A stretch of 64,000 bases of DNA, taken from contig WTIT01000089.1 of the NCBI GenBank assembly GCA_011526375.1, forward strand, positions 3,337-67,336, in the 5' to 3' direction. The notes under the pieces were generated by a model that did not search any database, was not told the DNA's origin, and saw only the letters and a program-made list of their open reading frames with translations. Positions within the stretch are counted from its first letter, which is position 1. Each line of letters begins with the position of its first letter. Position numbers and translations under genes: made by a program. This DNA comes from Methanobacteriota archaeon. GTDB lineage: Archaea > Thermoplasmatota > Poseidoniia > Poseidoniales > Poseidoniaceae. This document shows, in pieces, positions 47,329 to 56,350 of the stretch.

Positions 47329-48591
47329 TTAATTGTCAGTAATTGTTTGAGATATTTTGAGTTTAAATTTCTCTGCACTATATTCCAAACTGGCAATACC
47401 GGGTAACAAGCGGCCTGCAAGATAATTCAAACAAGCACCTCCACCAGTCGATAAGTGACCCATTTTATCATCGATTCCACGATTCATGATCAGGGTTGCA
47501 GTGTGTCCTCCACCAACGACAACATAACCACTCGATTCAGCACAGGCATTCAACATTTCAATAGTTCCAAGGGCGAAATCGGTTAATTCGAAGACACCTG
47601 CTGGGCCGTTTAGAATAATTGTACCCGCTTGTTTAATCGCTGCAGACAGAGCCATAGTTGAGTTAATTCCAATGTCGAAAATGGGTGCTTCAATCGGTAA
47701 TTCGTCAAGCTGCAGGTCGACTCGATTATTTTCTACATTTGCTGCTAAATCAGTTGGTAGCATTATTTTGTCTGTGAAATCGTTGAGTATTGCTTTGGCG
47801 GTTTCTACGGTTTTGTGATATGAATCACCAAGTTCATTGACCAAGAAATCGTGATTCTTGCTGCCGATATCAACGCCAGAATATTCTATCAGAAGATTTG
47901 CTACGCCGCCTGTGGCCCAAATTTGGTCAGCGATACCCTTTCTCAGCATATTGTCAGCAATTGAAATCGAATCTTCGACTTTGATTCCTCCCACAACGGC
48001 AATACAAGGTCGCTGCGGATTTTCCAAGGCAATATCCAAAGCATCAATCTCTCGCTTCATTAATTCTCCAGCAACACATGGAAGAGTGTGAGTAAATCCA
48101 ACGATAGATGGAGTGTTACGGTGAGCACATGCAAAAGCATCATTGACAAAGATATCTACAACACTGGACAAGCGTTGAATTATTTTTGTTTCAGCCATTT
48201 CCTCAAAACTGCCTTTTACCGAGATTTCCTCTGGGTCCATTCTAACATTGTTTAGCATCAGTATTTCGCCATCTTTCAATTCCTCTATGGCTTTCATAGC
48301 CTTTTCACCGTGAATATCATCGACCCACTTGACATTGCGACCGAGCACTCTACCAAGTTCTCTAGAATGGCCTAAAGTATTGGTGAAGTCCTTTTTCCCC
48401 GGCCTCGATTGATGTGCTAGGATTACAACTTTTGATTTAGTAAGCAGATTCAGAGTTGGCACAATTGCTCTAATCCTAGTGTCATCAAGGAACTCTTGAT
48501 TGTTTGGCTCTAATGGACTATTGATATCAACTCGCACTAGCACAGTCTTGCTTTCGACATTAAAGTCGCGCAAGTTCAGTACCCTTGCCAT
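47329..48591 (-). CDS. pgk: Phosphoglycerate kinase (archaeal type)
   Basis: RVDINSPL N-terminus, AHQSRPG, STGGGA. 420 aa. Confidence 0.9.
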   Translation of the reverse strand: MARVLNLRDFNVESKTVLVRVDINSPLEPNNQEFLDDTRIRAIVPTLNLLTKSKVVILAHQSRPGKKDFTNTLGHSRELGRVLGRNVKWVDDIHGEKAMKAIEELKDGEILMLNNVRMDPEEISVKGSFEEMAETKIIQRLSSVVDIFVNDAFACAHRNTPSIVGFTHTLPCVAGELMKREIDALDIALENPQRPCIAVVGGIKVEDSISIADNMLRKGIADQIWATGGVANLLIEYSGVDIGSKNHDFLVNELGDSYHKTVETAKAILNDFTDKIMLPTDLAANVENNRVDLQLDELPIEAPIFDIGINSTMALSAAIKQAGTIILNGPAGVFELTDFALGTIEMLNACAESSGYVVVGGGHTATLIMNRGIDDKMGHLSTGGGACLNYLAGRLLPGIASLEYSAEKFKLKISQTITDN

Positions 48592-48715
48592 ATTGAGTCC
48601 AAAGGTTGACAGTTTTTGATATCTTCTCGATTCCGCAAGCTGTGAAAAATCAGAAACATGTTGTATTTACCATAATCATGGTTACAGTTTTCAACATTAA
48701 CCGATAGCCGTCTGC

Positions 48716-49990
48716 ATGGCGTCTTGGTCGACAGAAGATTTGTGCGGCCCGGATGGCGAAGACTGGCGAGTTCCAGCGAAAGAACTTGAGACGAGATTAG
48801 AAAATCTGAGCCATAGGCTTGTTGAGGCAAAAATCCCCGGGGTTCTGATTCAAAATCCAGTCGACTTGTATTATTTTGCAGGCGGTAGACAAAACGGTAC
48901 ACTATTCGTTCCCGCCGCTGACTCAAATGCAAGCGCTTCTGAAGGTGGAGGCGGTGCAACTTTTTTCGTCAGGCGCTCAGTAAGCCGAGCAAGGTTTGAG
49001 GCCGGAGAAGGAGATTCCCCGCTGTCTATTCAGAAATTCCCTAGTCTACGAGTTTTCGCTGAAACTTTGTCTAATTTGGGTCTTGAAAACGCACCAGGGC
49101 TGCAATACGGTGAGATTCCCGCAGATTTTGCCAATAAGTTCCGCTCTGTTTTGGCTCCTTTAGGGGATGCAGCGGATTGTACACAGACCATCCATCTTCA
49201 ACGAGAAGAAAAGTCTGATTGGGAAATAAACATGATGAGAGAAGGAGCAGTTATTCAACAGCAGATGTTTGAGGCAGTTGAAGCCTCGATCAAAATCGGC
49301 GCAACGGAGTTAGAAATAGTTGCTAGTGCTGAAGAGGTTAGTCGCCGTAATGGGTTTGGTGGCAACGTTCAGATGAGGCGATTCCCCCTTCAATGTGATA
49401 GAGCAGTGATAGTCTCCGGCAGAGCCGGAGGGATACCCTCATTCTTTGATTCTGCGATAGGGGGAACAGGCGCACATCCATTGGCTGGTATGGGTTCTGG
49501 TTTCAATAAGTTACAAGCAAATCAACCAATCTTAGTCGACCTTGTTCACGTTCATCGTGGTTACGTCGTCGACGCAACGAGGATGTATAGCATAGGCGAG
49601 TTGCCAGAGCCCTGGGAGCAAAGACTGTCTGATATGGTAGAGGTCAGTAACAGTGTAGTAGATTCTCTTGGCCGTGGAGATGATTGTTCCAAGGCTTGGG
49701 AGGTTGGCTCACAATTGGCCGAATCGATGGGGCACAGCGAGCACCTTATGGGCATGAAACCAGACCAGAGTAAATTCCTTGGACATTCTGTTGGTCTTCA
49801 GCTTGATGAATCACCAGTAGTTGCCAAAGGTTTCGATAGACCATTAATAAAAAATGGAGTAATGGCTATTGAACCAAAATTAGTTTATTCTGACGGCAGT
49901 ATCGGTATTGAAGATACATGGCTGCAAACTAGTGAAGGATTAGAAAGGTTAACTTTACATAACAAGGAAGAATTCTTGACAACGTTGTAG
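48716..49990 (+). CDS. M24-family metallopeptidase (Xaa-Pro aminopeptidase/creatinase-like)
   Basis: Creatinase-like N-domain plus a pita-bread C-domain with VDLVHVHRGYVVDATR, GHSVGLQLDE, MAIEP, IGIEDT metal-ligand contexts. Confidence 0.75.
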   Translation: MASWSTEDLCGPDGEDWRVPAKELETRLENLSHRLVEAKIPGVLIQNPVDLYYFAGGRQNGTLFVPAADSNASASEGGGGATFFVRRSVSRARFEAGEGDSPLSIQKFPSLRVFAETLSNLGLENAPGLQYGEIPADFANKFRSVLAPLGDAADCTQTIHLQREEKSDWEINMMREGAVIQQQMFEAVEASIKIGATELEIVASAEEVSRRNGFGGNVQMRRFPLQCDRAVIVSGRAGGIPSFFDSAIGGTGAHPLAGMGSGFNKLQANQPILVDLVHVHRGYVVDATRMYSIGELPEPWEQRLSDMVEVSNSVVDSLGRGDDCSKAWEVGSQLAESMGHSEHLMGMKPDQSKFLGHSVGLQLDESPVVAKGFDRPLIKNGVMAIEPKLVYSDGSIGIEDTWLQTSEGLERLTLHNKEEFLTTL

Positions 49991-50000
49991 GTGGTCGATT

Positions 50001-53000
50001 ATGGGATACCTCAAAAACAAGTCAGTTCTAATTGTGATTGTCTTGTTACTACCACTTTTTTCTCAAGCGAACACAATGGGAGAAGAGGCTAATGAAACAA
50101 ACCAAGAATTTCACCCTGTGTCTAATTTCTATCCATTTGACGGAGCAGGCCATCATCCGTTGAACAGCGATTACAATAAAGTGGGTTCAGATTTGAGTAG
50201 ACTCAGTCCAAATGTAGGCTTGTATGAAGACAATTATGTCTCCAGAGTAGATTCACCAAGCGCCCGAGAAATTAGTAATCAACTATGTATTGAGCATGAA
50301 ACGGTTTTAGATGAAAACGGCCTTTCAGATTACAACTGGATTTGGGGGCAATTTCTTAGTCATGATATCTCGTTTGTGTTAACTCAGAATGGTAGAGTTG
50401 ACGGTTCTCCAGAGTCGATGTTTATACCGATACCCGAAGGAGATGCTTGGATGGACCCGTTTTCAGTTGGGTCATTGATTATGCGCATGGACCGTTCAGT
50501 TTACAATACATCAACATCAACAGCAGAGATTCCTAGGGAGTTTCCTAATTCGATTACTGGGTGGCTAGACGGCTCCCATGTGTATGGTTCATCAAATGCA
50601 ACTAGTGAATGGTTACGCGCTAATGAGGGGGGTAAGCTCAAAACCTATGATGGATTTAATGGTGAATTCTTACCACTTGCGGATGATGATGATGACAGCA
50701 CACCGCCAGTAAGTTTTGCAAGTTTTTCACCATCTAAGCGATATGTTGCAGGAGATCCACGGGCAAATGAACATGCAGCCTTAACCGCCATGCATGTTCT
50801 ATTTGTAAGAGAGCATAACCGAATTGCTGATGAAATAACTAGCAGTAACCCCGCAATGTTGGATGAAGAGGTATTCCAACTTGCAAGGAAGATAAATACC
50901 GCTCAGATGCAGTACATCACCTATTACGAGTATCTTCCTTCATTAGGGGTAATATTGCCTGAATATACAGGATTTGACCCTTCAGTCGACCCGCGTATTT
51001 CTAACTCATTTGCTACCTTAGCATTTAGAATGGGGCACTCTCAGATAACCGAATCAACCTTGAGGCTGGATACTGAATACCGTGATTTTTATCTCGGCAA
51101 TATTAGTATGGCTGATGGATTTTGGAATCCTGATAGACTTAACTCGGAGGGTGGCATTGCTCCAATTTTTAGGGGAGCAGCAATGACTACACAGGCCGCT
51201 AATGATATGAAGTATACTGATGCTTTGAGAAACTCCATGTTTGGAGACCCTGGGTTTGGTGGCCTAGACATGTGTGCGATTGATATACAGAGAGCCAGAG
51301 GGCACGGACTTCCAGATTACAATACATTGAGATCTTCTATAGGACTAGATAGAATAGACAATTGGTCAGAAATAATTGACGGTGACAGTACTGACCTTGA
51401 AAAGCTACAACAAGTCTATCCAAATATTGACAATTCCGATCCAATTATGGGTATGTATGCAGAAAAACATCTCACTGGTAGTGTTTTGGGTGAAACTATG
51501 CATGCGCTGCTGCATGACCAGTATCTTAGACTACGCGACGGGGATATTCTTTACTTTGAGAATGACTTAGAACTTGAGCCTTATATCTCAGATATTAGGC
51601 AATCAAGCCTAGCCAATGTTATTTTGAGAAATACCGAAATTACTTCAATACAATGTGATATTATGTATGCCGCTGATAGATTGAATGATTTGGATTGCTA
51701 CTCTCCGCCACTGGAGAAATATCCACCATCAGTAGGTGGAACGGTAATTATTGATTCGTTTTTCTCTAACTCAGCCGATTTAGGTGTAACTTTTACTGAA
51801 GTAACAGAATCAAGTGGGCTATCTTCAGTTGTTTTTGATGAGAAGTACATGTGGTCTTCATTCGGACCCACATTATCTTTAGGAGATTGTAATAATGATG
51901 GGAATGAAGATATTTGGCTTGGAGCATCTTACGACCATATAGGATTCGAGACAGGAGTTCCAGAATCACATTCTCGGACTTATCTGCTCATTGGTGACGG
52001 GAGAGGAAACTTTGAGGATTTCACAGAAGAGGCAGGCCTGTTAAATCTCAATTCTACTGCATTTAGTGCAACTTGGGTTGATTATGACAACGATGGAGAT
52101 CTTGATATTTATCAGTCAAATTATGGCATAATAACCGATTTTCAAGAAAGTCAAACGAATTTAACGAGAAATACACTATATGCTAATGATGGAGATTGTA
52201 AATTTATTGATGTAACTCTAATTTCAGGTTTAGGTAATGGGGGCTATTCAACAACTAGTTCATGGGGTGATTACGATAATGATGGTGACCTCGATTTATA
52301 CTCAGCAAATTTAGGTATAGTCAACGATTTTGAAAAATCCGTTTTTCCTCAGTCCGATGTATTTTATCATAACATGTTAGCAGAAACAGGTGAAGCATTT
52401 TTTGAGGATTATTCAACTGAAGTCGGCGAAGTGTATGGCACTTTCCTCGAACCAGATATTGAGGACGAACTTAGTTTTAGTTCAGGTTTGTCATTTGCGT
52501 TGAAATCAGTTGACAAACCCTCTGCGCAAGCGTCAATTTTACCTAATCTTGAGGATGTTGATTATGGTGATAAATTGAAGGGCACCGGAGCCACATGGGC
52601 ATTGCTATTTGTTGACATGAATAGCGACGGAGGCGATGATTTGCTAATTGGCTCAGATTTTGGTATTTCACCAATGTACAAAAACATGCAAAATGGTGAA
52701 TTTTTATTGTATACCCAACAGTCTAGGGTGGATATACCAGGAACTGCGATGGGCTTTGATGCAGCAGATATGGATGGCGACTTAGACTTAGATTACTGTC
52801 AGTCAAATTTTGGACCAAATTATTTATTCCAACAAAATGGTGATTTAGAATTTGATAATGTTGGCCTAGAAAACGGAATGAGTACAGGATATGCGTCTCA
52901 AAGTGTTACTTGGGACTGCAATTTCATAGATGTTGATTTGGACGGCGACCTTGATTTATGGTTTGGTTCAGGCAACATTAATCCGTTTACGTCCTTTTCT

Positions 53001-53600
53001 CCCAATACTATTTATCTAAACGATGGAGATGGTAACTTCTTGCAAGGAATTGGCAGTGAAGTAGAATTATTTTCTCCAATTGGTAAAACGATGGGTTCAG
53101 TTTGGGCAGATTTTGATAATGATGGCGACCTTGATGTTATTATCTCGCAATCAAACACAGGGGTTCACTATTTTGAAAATAATGCAGCAGATAGAAGTGA
53201 TAAAAACTGGATTGGGATAGATGTGTATCAACAATATACTAACGATTCAGCTAGTACTATTGCTAATGGTGCAATTGTTGATATTTACTTCTCGAATGGG
53301 AAATCTGTAAGACAAGTAGTAAAAATTGGCAGTGGTTATGCAGGCAGCAAAGATACCACAATCAACCTTGGAATACCAGAAGGTGAAAGCCTAACTAAAG
53401 TTGTAATAACATGGAAAGATGGCACCGTCATCGAATATCATGACCTTGAAATTAATCAATACCATACAATTCAACCCAATGACAGCTTTAATCAACAAGA
53501 ATCTCTTTCGACACAAGATGATAGTTCTCTAGTTACCTTATCTGTAGTGTTAATTACGATACTAATTGTGTTTGTCCGTTTCTTCCCTAGGCAGGACTGA
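50001..53600 (+). CDS. Animal-type heme peroxidase domain fused to FG-GAP/VCBS beta-propeller + UnbV/ASPIC-like domain (CRTAC1-like), C-terminal TM anchor
   Basis: Signal peptide. Peroxidase motifs WGQFLSHDISF (distal His), ITGWLDGSHVYGSS (Ca site), RANEHAALTAMHVLFVREHNRIA, LAFRMGHSQ (proximal His). Seven DxDxDGDxD FG-GAP repeats. NWIGIDV...GSGYAGSKD ASPIC-like region. C-terminal LVTLSVVLITILIVFV. Confidence 0.85.
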   Translation: MGYLKNKSVLIVIVLLLPLFSQANTMGEEANETNQEFHPVSNFYPFDGAGHHPLNSDYNKVGSDLSRLSPNVGLYEDNYVSRVDSPSAREISNQLCIEHETVLDENGLSDYNWIWGQFLSHDISFVLTQNGRVDGSPESMFIPIPEGDAWMDPFSVGSLIMRMDRSVYNTSTSTAEIPREFPNSITGWLDGSHVYGSSNATSEWLRANEGGKLKTYDGFNGEFLPLADDDDDSTPPVSFASFSPSKRYVAGDPRANEHAALTAMHVLFVREHNRIADEITSSNPAMLDEEVFQLARKINTAQMQYITYYEYLPSLGVILPEYTGFDPSVDPRISNSFATLAFRMGHSQITESTLRLDTEYRDFYLGNISMADGFWNPDRLNSEGGIAPIFRGAAMTTQAANDMKYTDALRNSMFGDPGFGGLDMCAIDIQRARGHGLPDYNTLRSSIGLDRIDNWSEIIDGDSTDLEKLQQVYPNIDNSDPIMGMYAEKHLTGSVLGETMHALLHDQYLRLRDGDILYFENDLELEPYISDIRQSSLANVILRNTEITSIQCDIMYAADRLNDLDCYSPPLEKYPPSVGGTVIIDSFFSNSADLGVTFTEVTESSGLSSVVFDEKYMWSSFGPTLSLGDCNNDGNEDIWLGASYDHIGFETGVPESHSRTYLLIGDGRGNFEDFTEEAGLLNLNSTAFSATWVDYDNDGDLDIYQSNYGIITDFQESQTNLTRNTLYANDGDCKFIDVTLISGLGNGGYSTTSSWGDYDNDGDLDLYSANLGIVNDFEKSVFPQSDVFYHNMLAETGEAFFEDYSTEVGEVYGTFLEPDIEDELSFSSGLSFALKSVDKPSAQASILPNLEDVDYGDKLKGTGATWALLFVDMNSDGGDDLLIGSDFGISPMYKNMQNGEFLLYTQQSRVDIPGTAMGFDAADMDGDLDLDYCQSNFGPNYLFQQNGDLEFDNVGLENGMSTGYASQSVTWDCNFIDVDLDGDLDLWFGSGNINPFTSFSPNTIYLNDGDGNFLQGIGSEVELFSPIGKTMGSVWADFDNDGDLDVIISQSNTGVHYFENNAADRSDKNWIGIDVYQQYTNDSASTIANGAIVDIYFSNGKSVRQVVKIGSGYAGSKDTTINLGIPEGESLTKVVITWKDGTVIEYHDLEINQYHTIQPNDSFNQQESLSTQDDSSLVTLSVVLITILIVFVRFFPRQD
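51880..53140 (+). repeat. Seven FG-GAP/VCBS Ca2+-binding repeats
   Basis: GDCNNDGNEDIW, WVDYDNDGDLDIY, WGDYDNDGDLDLY, FVDMNSDGGDDLL, AADMDGDLDLDYC, FIDVDLDGDLDLW, WADFDNDGDLDVI. Confidence 0.8.
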
Positions 53601-53638
53601 GCGCGCAGTTCAATAATTGCCAGTTTTTCACCTATATC

Positions 53639-54427
53639 ATGGGCGCTAAGCCGTATTCCCCTGGCCATATTGGAGCAGTCGCTGCAAACTATACACAAAT
53701 GAGAATTTCAGGCGCAGTGAAACAACAACTCGTCGAACTCTTGTGTGAAGAATTAGATCGCTTAGTGCCACAGATGGAATCCGAAACCTTAGCCCAAGAC
53801 CCAGAAAGAAAAACCCTTGACGATCCTCATCGTACGCGATTAAATTACAACCGAACTAGAGAGTTGATGATTGACAGAATTGCTAACATCGAATCGGTTG
53901 GTTCTGCTGCCGTTCAAGCAGGTATCGAACACACTGAGCAACACTTGGCTAAGATATTGAAACATGCGGAGGCAGCGGCTGAGAAAGATAGAGTCGGCAC
54001 GATCAAACCACGACATCTAGAAATTGCAGTAACCGGCATGGGTCTAGACAGTGAAGATGATTCAGCCGAATTAGACGTGGTTGAGGAAACTGAAACACTA
54101 GTTGTCGGCCAAGGTGGTGGCGTACTTACTCGCTCATCCTTACTTTCATTAGCTAGAACTCATGCCAAAATGCCAGTAACCGATGATGCTGTTGAAGAGC
54201 TTATCGATACCTACTACATGGTCGTCGAGAAATTAGAGGGCGATATTAGGGCTCATGCACAATTAGGTGGCAACCCAGTCCAATTCATTGAGTCAATCAA
54301 CCGGATGAAGACTCTAATGTCCTTAGGTTGGATGCGTTCAATGTTGATTAAAGCAGCAACTAATGCTCGTGAGAGAGGCTATAAGAGAATCGATATTGAA
54401 CAAATAGTTCATTTAGATCCATACTGA
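53639..54427 (+). CDS. Hypothetical protein, possible tandem (doublet) histone-fold protein
   Basis: Two halves each end in a histone alpha2-L2-alpha3-like string: AEKDRVGTIKPRHLEIAV and ARERGYKRIDIEQIVHL. Each is preceded by alpha1/L1-like ISGAVKQQLVELL and MPVTDDAVEELI. Alternative start ATG 53699. Confidence 0.3.
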   Translation: MGAKPYSPGHIGAVAANYTQMRISGAVKQQLVELLCEELDRLVPQMESETLAQDPERKTLDDPHRTRLNYNRTRELMIDRIANIESVGSAAVQAGIEHTEQHLAKILKHAEAAAEKDRVGTIKPRHLEIAVTGMGLDSEDDSAELDVVEETETLVVGQGGGVLTRSSLLSLARTHAKMPVTDDAVEELIDTYYMVVEKLEGDIRAHAQLGGNPVQFIESINRMKTLMSLGWMRSMLIKAATNARERGYKRIDIEQIVHLDPY

Positions 54428-54485
54428 TCTTGGGTGCATTTGTTAAAATACTTCATACTTAGGCACACCCGTTAGAGGTTATACT

Positions 54486-54947
54486 ATGATAGGAGAAACA
54501 GCCCCAGAGTTTACATTGAAAAATACCGCAAAAGAATCGATATCACTGTCAAATTATCGTGGCAAGACTGTGATTTTAGCGTTTTATCCAGGTGCATTTA
54601 CTGGCGTTTGTGACAAGGAAATGTGCGCATTCCAAGATAACATGGCTAAATTAAACGATGCATCTGCTACAGTAATCGGCATTAGTGTAGACTCACCTTG
54701 GGCTAACAAAGAGTTTGCCAGTAAATACAATCTTGAGTTTGAATTACTTTCTGATTTAGACCGCGAAGTCGTCGAAGCATATGACGCAAAATTCGTCGGC
54801 CTAGGTGGCCTAGAGGGGTATGTATCTGCTAACCGAGTAGTAGTTGTCATTGACAAAGATGGCGTTGTACAACACCGCTGGGTTGCTGAAAATCCAGGTG
54901 TTGAGCCTGATTACGAGGCAATCGTCGCGTTGGCACAGTCTCTTTGA
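54486..54947 (+). CDS. Peroxiredoxin (AhpC/TSA family, Bcp/AhpE-like)
   Basis: Active-site motif FYPGAFTGVCDKEMC (P-x3-T-x2-C). 153 aa. Confidence 0.85.
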   Translation: MIGETAPEFTLKNTAKESISLSNYRGKTVILAFYPGAFTGVCDKEMCAFQDNMAKLNDASATVIGISVDSPWANKEFASKYNLEFELLSDLDREVVEAYDAKFVGLGGLEGYVSANRVVVVIDKDGVVQHRWVAENPGVEPDYEAIVALAQSL

Positions 54948-54978
54948 GTCTTAACCAACGATTCCAAGAGATGATTGA

Positions 54979-55806
54979 ATGGTCAATTCAACCATCATTT
55001 TGTATGGAATCTTTGCCGGCTTAGTGGCGATTTTAGTTACAGTAGCAATTGAAAAATTTGGGGGCTTCATTGGCGGAGTCCTCGGTACAGTTCCCTCTAC
55101 CATTATTCCAGCGGCTGCAGGAGTTTACGCTCTAGAAGGCGATGAATCATTGACGGCAAGTATGTCTGTCGTACCAATTGGAATGCTGATTAATGGTGTG
55201 TTTCTTGGAGTTTGGATTATACTGCCAAAATACATTGCTAGTGACAGATTGAAACTACCAATCACAGTTGTTTCATCATTGCTTACTTGGGCTATATTGG
55301 CCTTGTTAAGCCTGATTATTGCTAGAGAGGTCACCGGTGGCACAATTAGTGAAATGACGTTAGGCATGATTGGATTAGTGTTGTTAGCAATCCTAGCAAT
55401 TATGTTCAATTTAAGCAATAGAGCAGCTCCTAAAGGCTTGAATAAAGTTCCAATTATCATACTGTCAATTAGAGGTATTGCGGCGGGTTTAGCAATTGCT
55501 GCATGTTTGGTGTTAGCAGAAATAGGCTTACCTTTCGTCGCTGGCTTAGCCAGTGCGTTCCCTGCCATATTCCTCACCAGTATGGTTGCTCTTTGGCTTT
55601 CACAAGGCCCTCAAGTACCCCAAGGTGCAGCTGCACCAATGATGCTGGGCGGGGCTAGCGTCTCAGTGTATGCATTGCTGGCAATGTGGTCGTTACCTTC
55701 ATTTGGCATATTTATTGGCTCAATAATCGCTTGGTTTGGCGCCGTTGGGCTATGGACTATTCCAGCGTTTTTGTTATTGAGAAAGCATCGTTTAGGAATT
55801 GATTGA
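54979..55806 (+). CDS. Polytopic membrane protein (about 8 TM), unknown function
   Basis: Continuous hydrophobic helices. No family recognised. Confidence 0.5.
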   Translation: MVNSTIILYGIFAGLVAILVTVAIEKFGGFIGGVLGTVPSTIIPAAAGVYALEGDESLTASMSVVPIGMLINGVFLGVWIILPKYIASDRLKLPITVVSSLLTWAILALLSLIIAREVTGGTISEMTLGMIGLVLLAILAIMFNLSNRAAPKGLNKVPIIILSIRGIAAGLAIAACLVLAEIGLPFVAGLASAFPAIFLTSMVALWLSQGPQVPQGAAAPMMLGGASVSVYALLAMWSLPSFGIFIGSIIAWFGAVGLWTIPAFLLLRKHRLGID

Positions 55807-56091
55807 TCGCACCCATCGCTCTTTACCAGGTATACCAACTACCTCGCAATAAACCGATTTAACGTCTTTTAACGACAGTAATTTTTCCCGTAATTGACTT
55901 GCATTTAACAAGCAACAAGGGCAGTGAGGGTGCTTAGGTGATATAGTGAATCTAATTTCACCCTCATCACTTACCTCCATCGATTGAAGCACACCCGATT
56001 CCTTGTAAGAAGTCGTTTCGTGAGGTTCTTGCCATTTCGAAAACACTTGGATGACCTTCACCTTAAGTGAACGCAAGCGTTTCTCTTTCAT
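55792..56091 (-). CDS. DUF59/MIP18-like (Fe-S assembly-related) small protein
   Basis: SGVLQSMEVSDEGEIRFTISPKHPHCPCCLLNASQLREKLLSLKDVKSVYCEVVG follows the DUF59 pattern. ATG 56091 chosen because the ORF-track start 56172 overlaps xseB by 44 nt. Confidence 0.45.
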   Translation of the reverse strand: MKEKRLRSLKVKVIQVFSKWQEPHETTSYKESGVLQSMEVSDEGEIRFTISPKHPHCPCCLLNASQLREKLLSLKDVKSVYCEVVGIPGKERWVRSINS

Positions 56092-56128
56092 GATTGTGGG
56101 TTGTCTTAATGGCTTATGAGTTATTGCC

Positions 56129-56350
56129 CTATTCTGACACTTTTTCTTCAACATCAGAAAGGCGCATTTCATTCAATTTCCCTTCAGCACTGGCTAATTC
56201 TTGTTGACAAAATTCGAGTAATTTAGCGCCTTCTTCATACAATTTGAGTGTCTCATCAAGCGGTATTCCGCCTCGCTCTAAGGATTGCACAATTTCTTCT
56301 AGACGCTGTACTGCTTTGCTATAATTCATATCTTTACTCATTTCATTCAC
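56129..56350 (-). CDS. xseB: Exodeoxyribonuclease VII small subunit
   Basis: YSKAVQRLEEIVQSLERGGIPLDETLKLYEEGAKLLEFCQQEL is the classic XseB helical hairpin. Overlaps xseA by 8 nt. Confidence 0.85.
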   Translation of the reverse strand: MNEMSKDMNYSKAVQRLEEIVQSLERGGIPLDETLKLYEEGAKLLEFCQQELASAEGKLNEMRLSDVEEKVSE

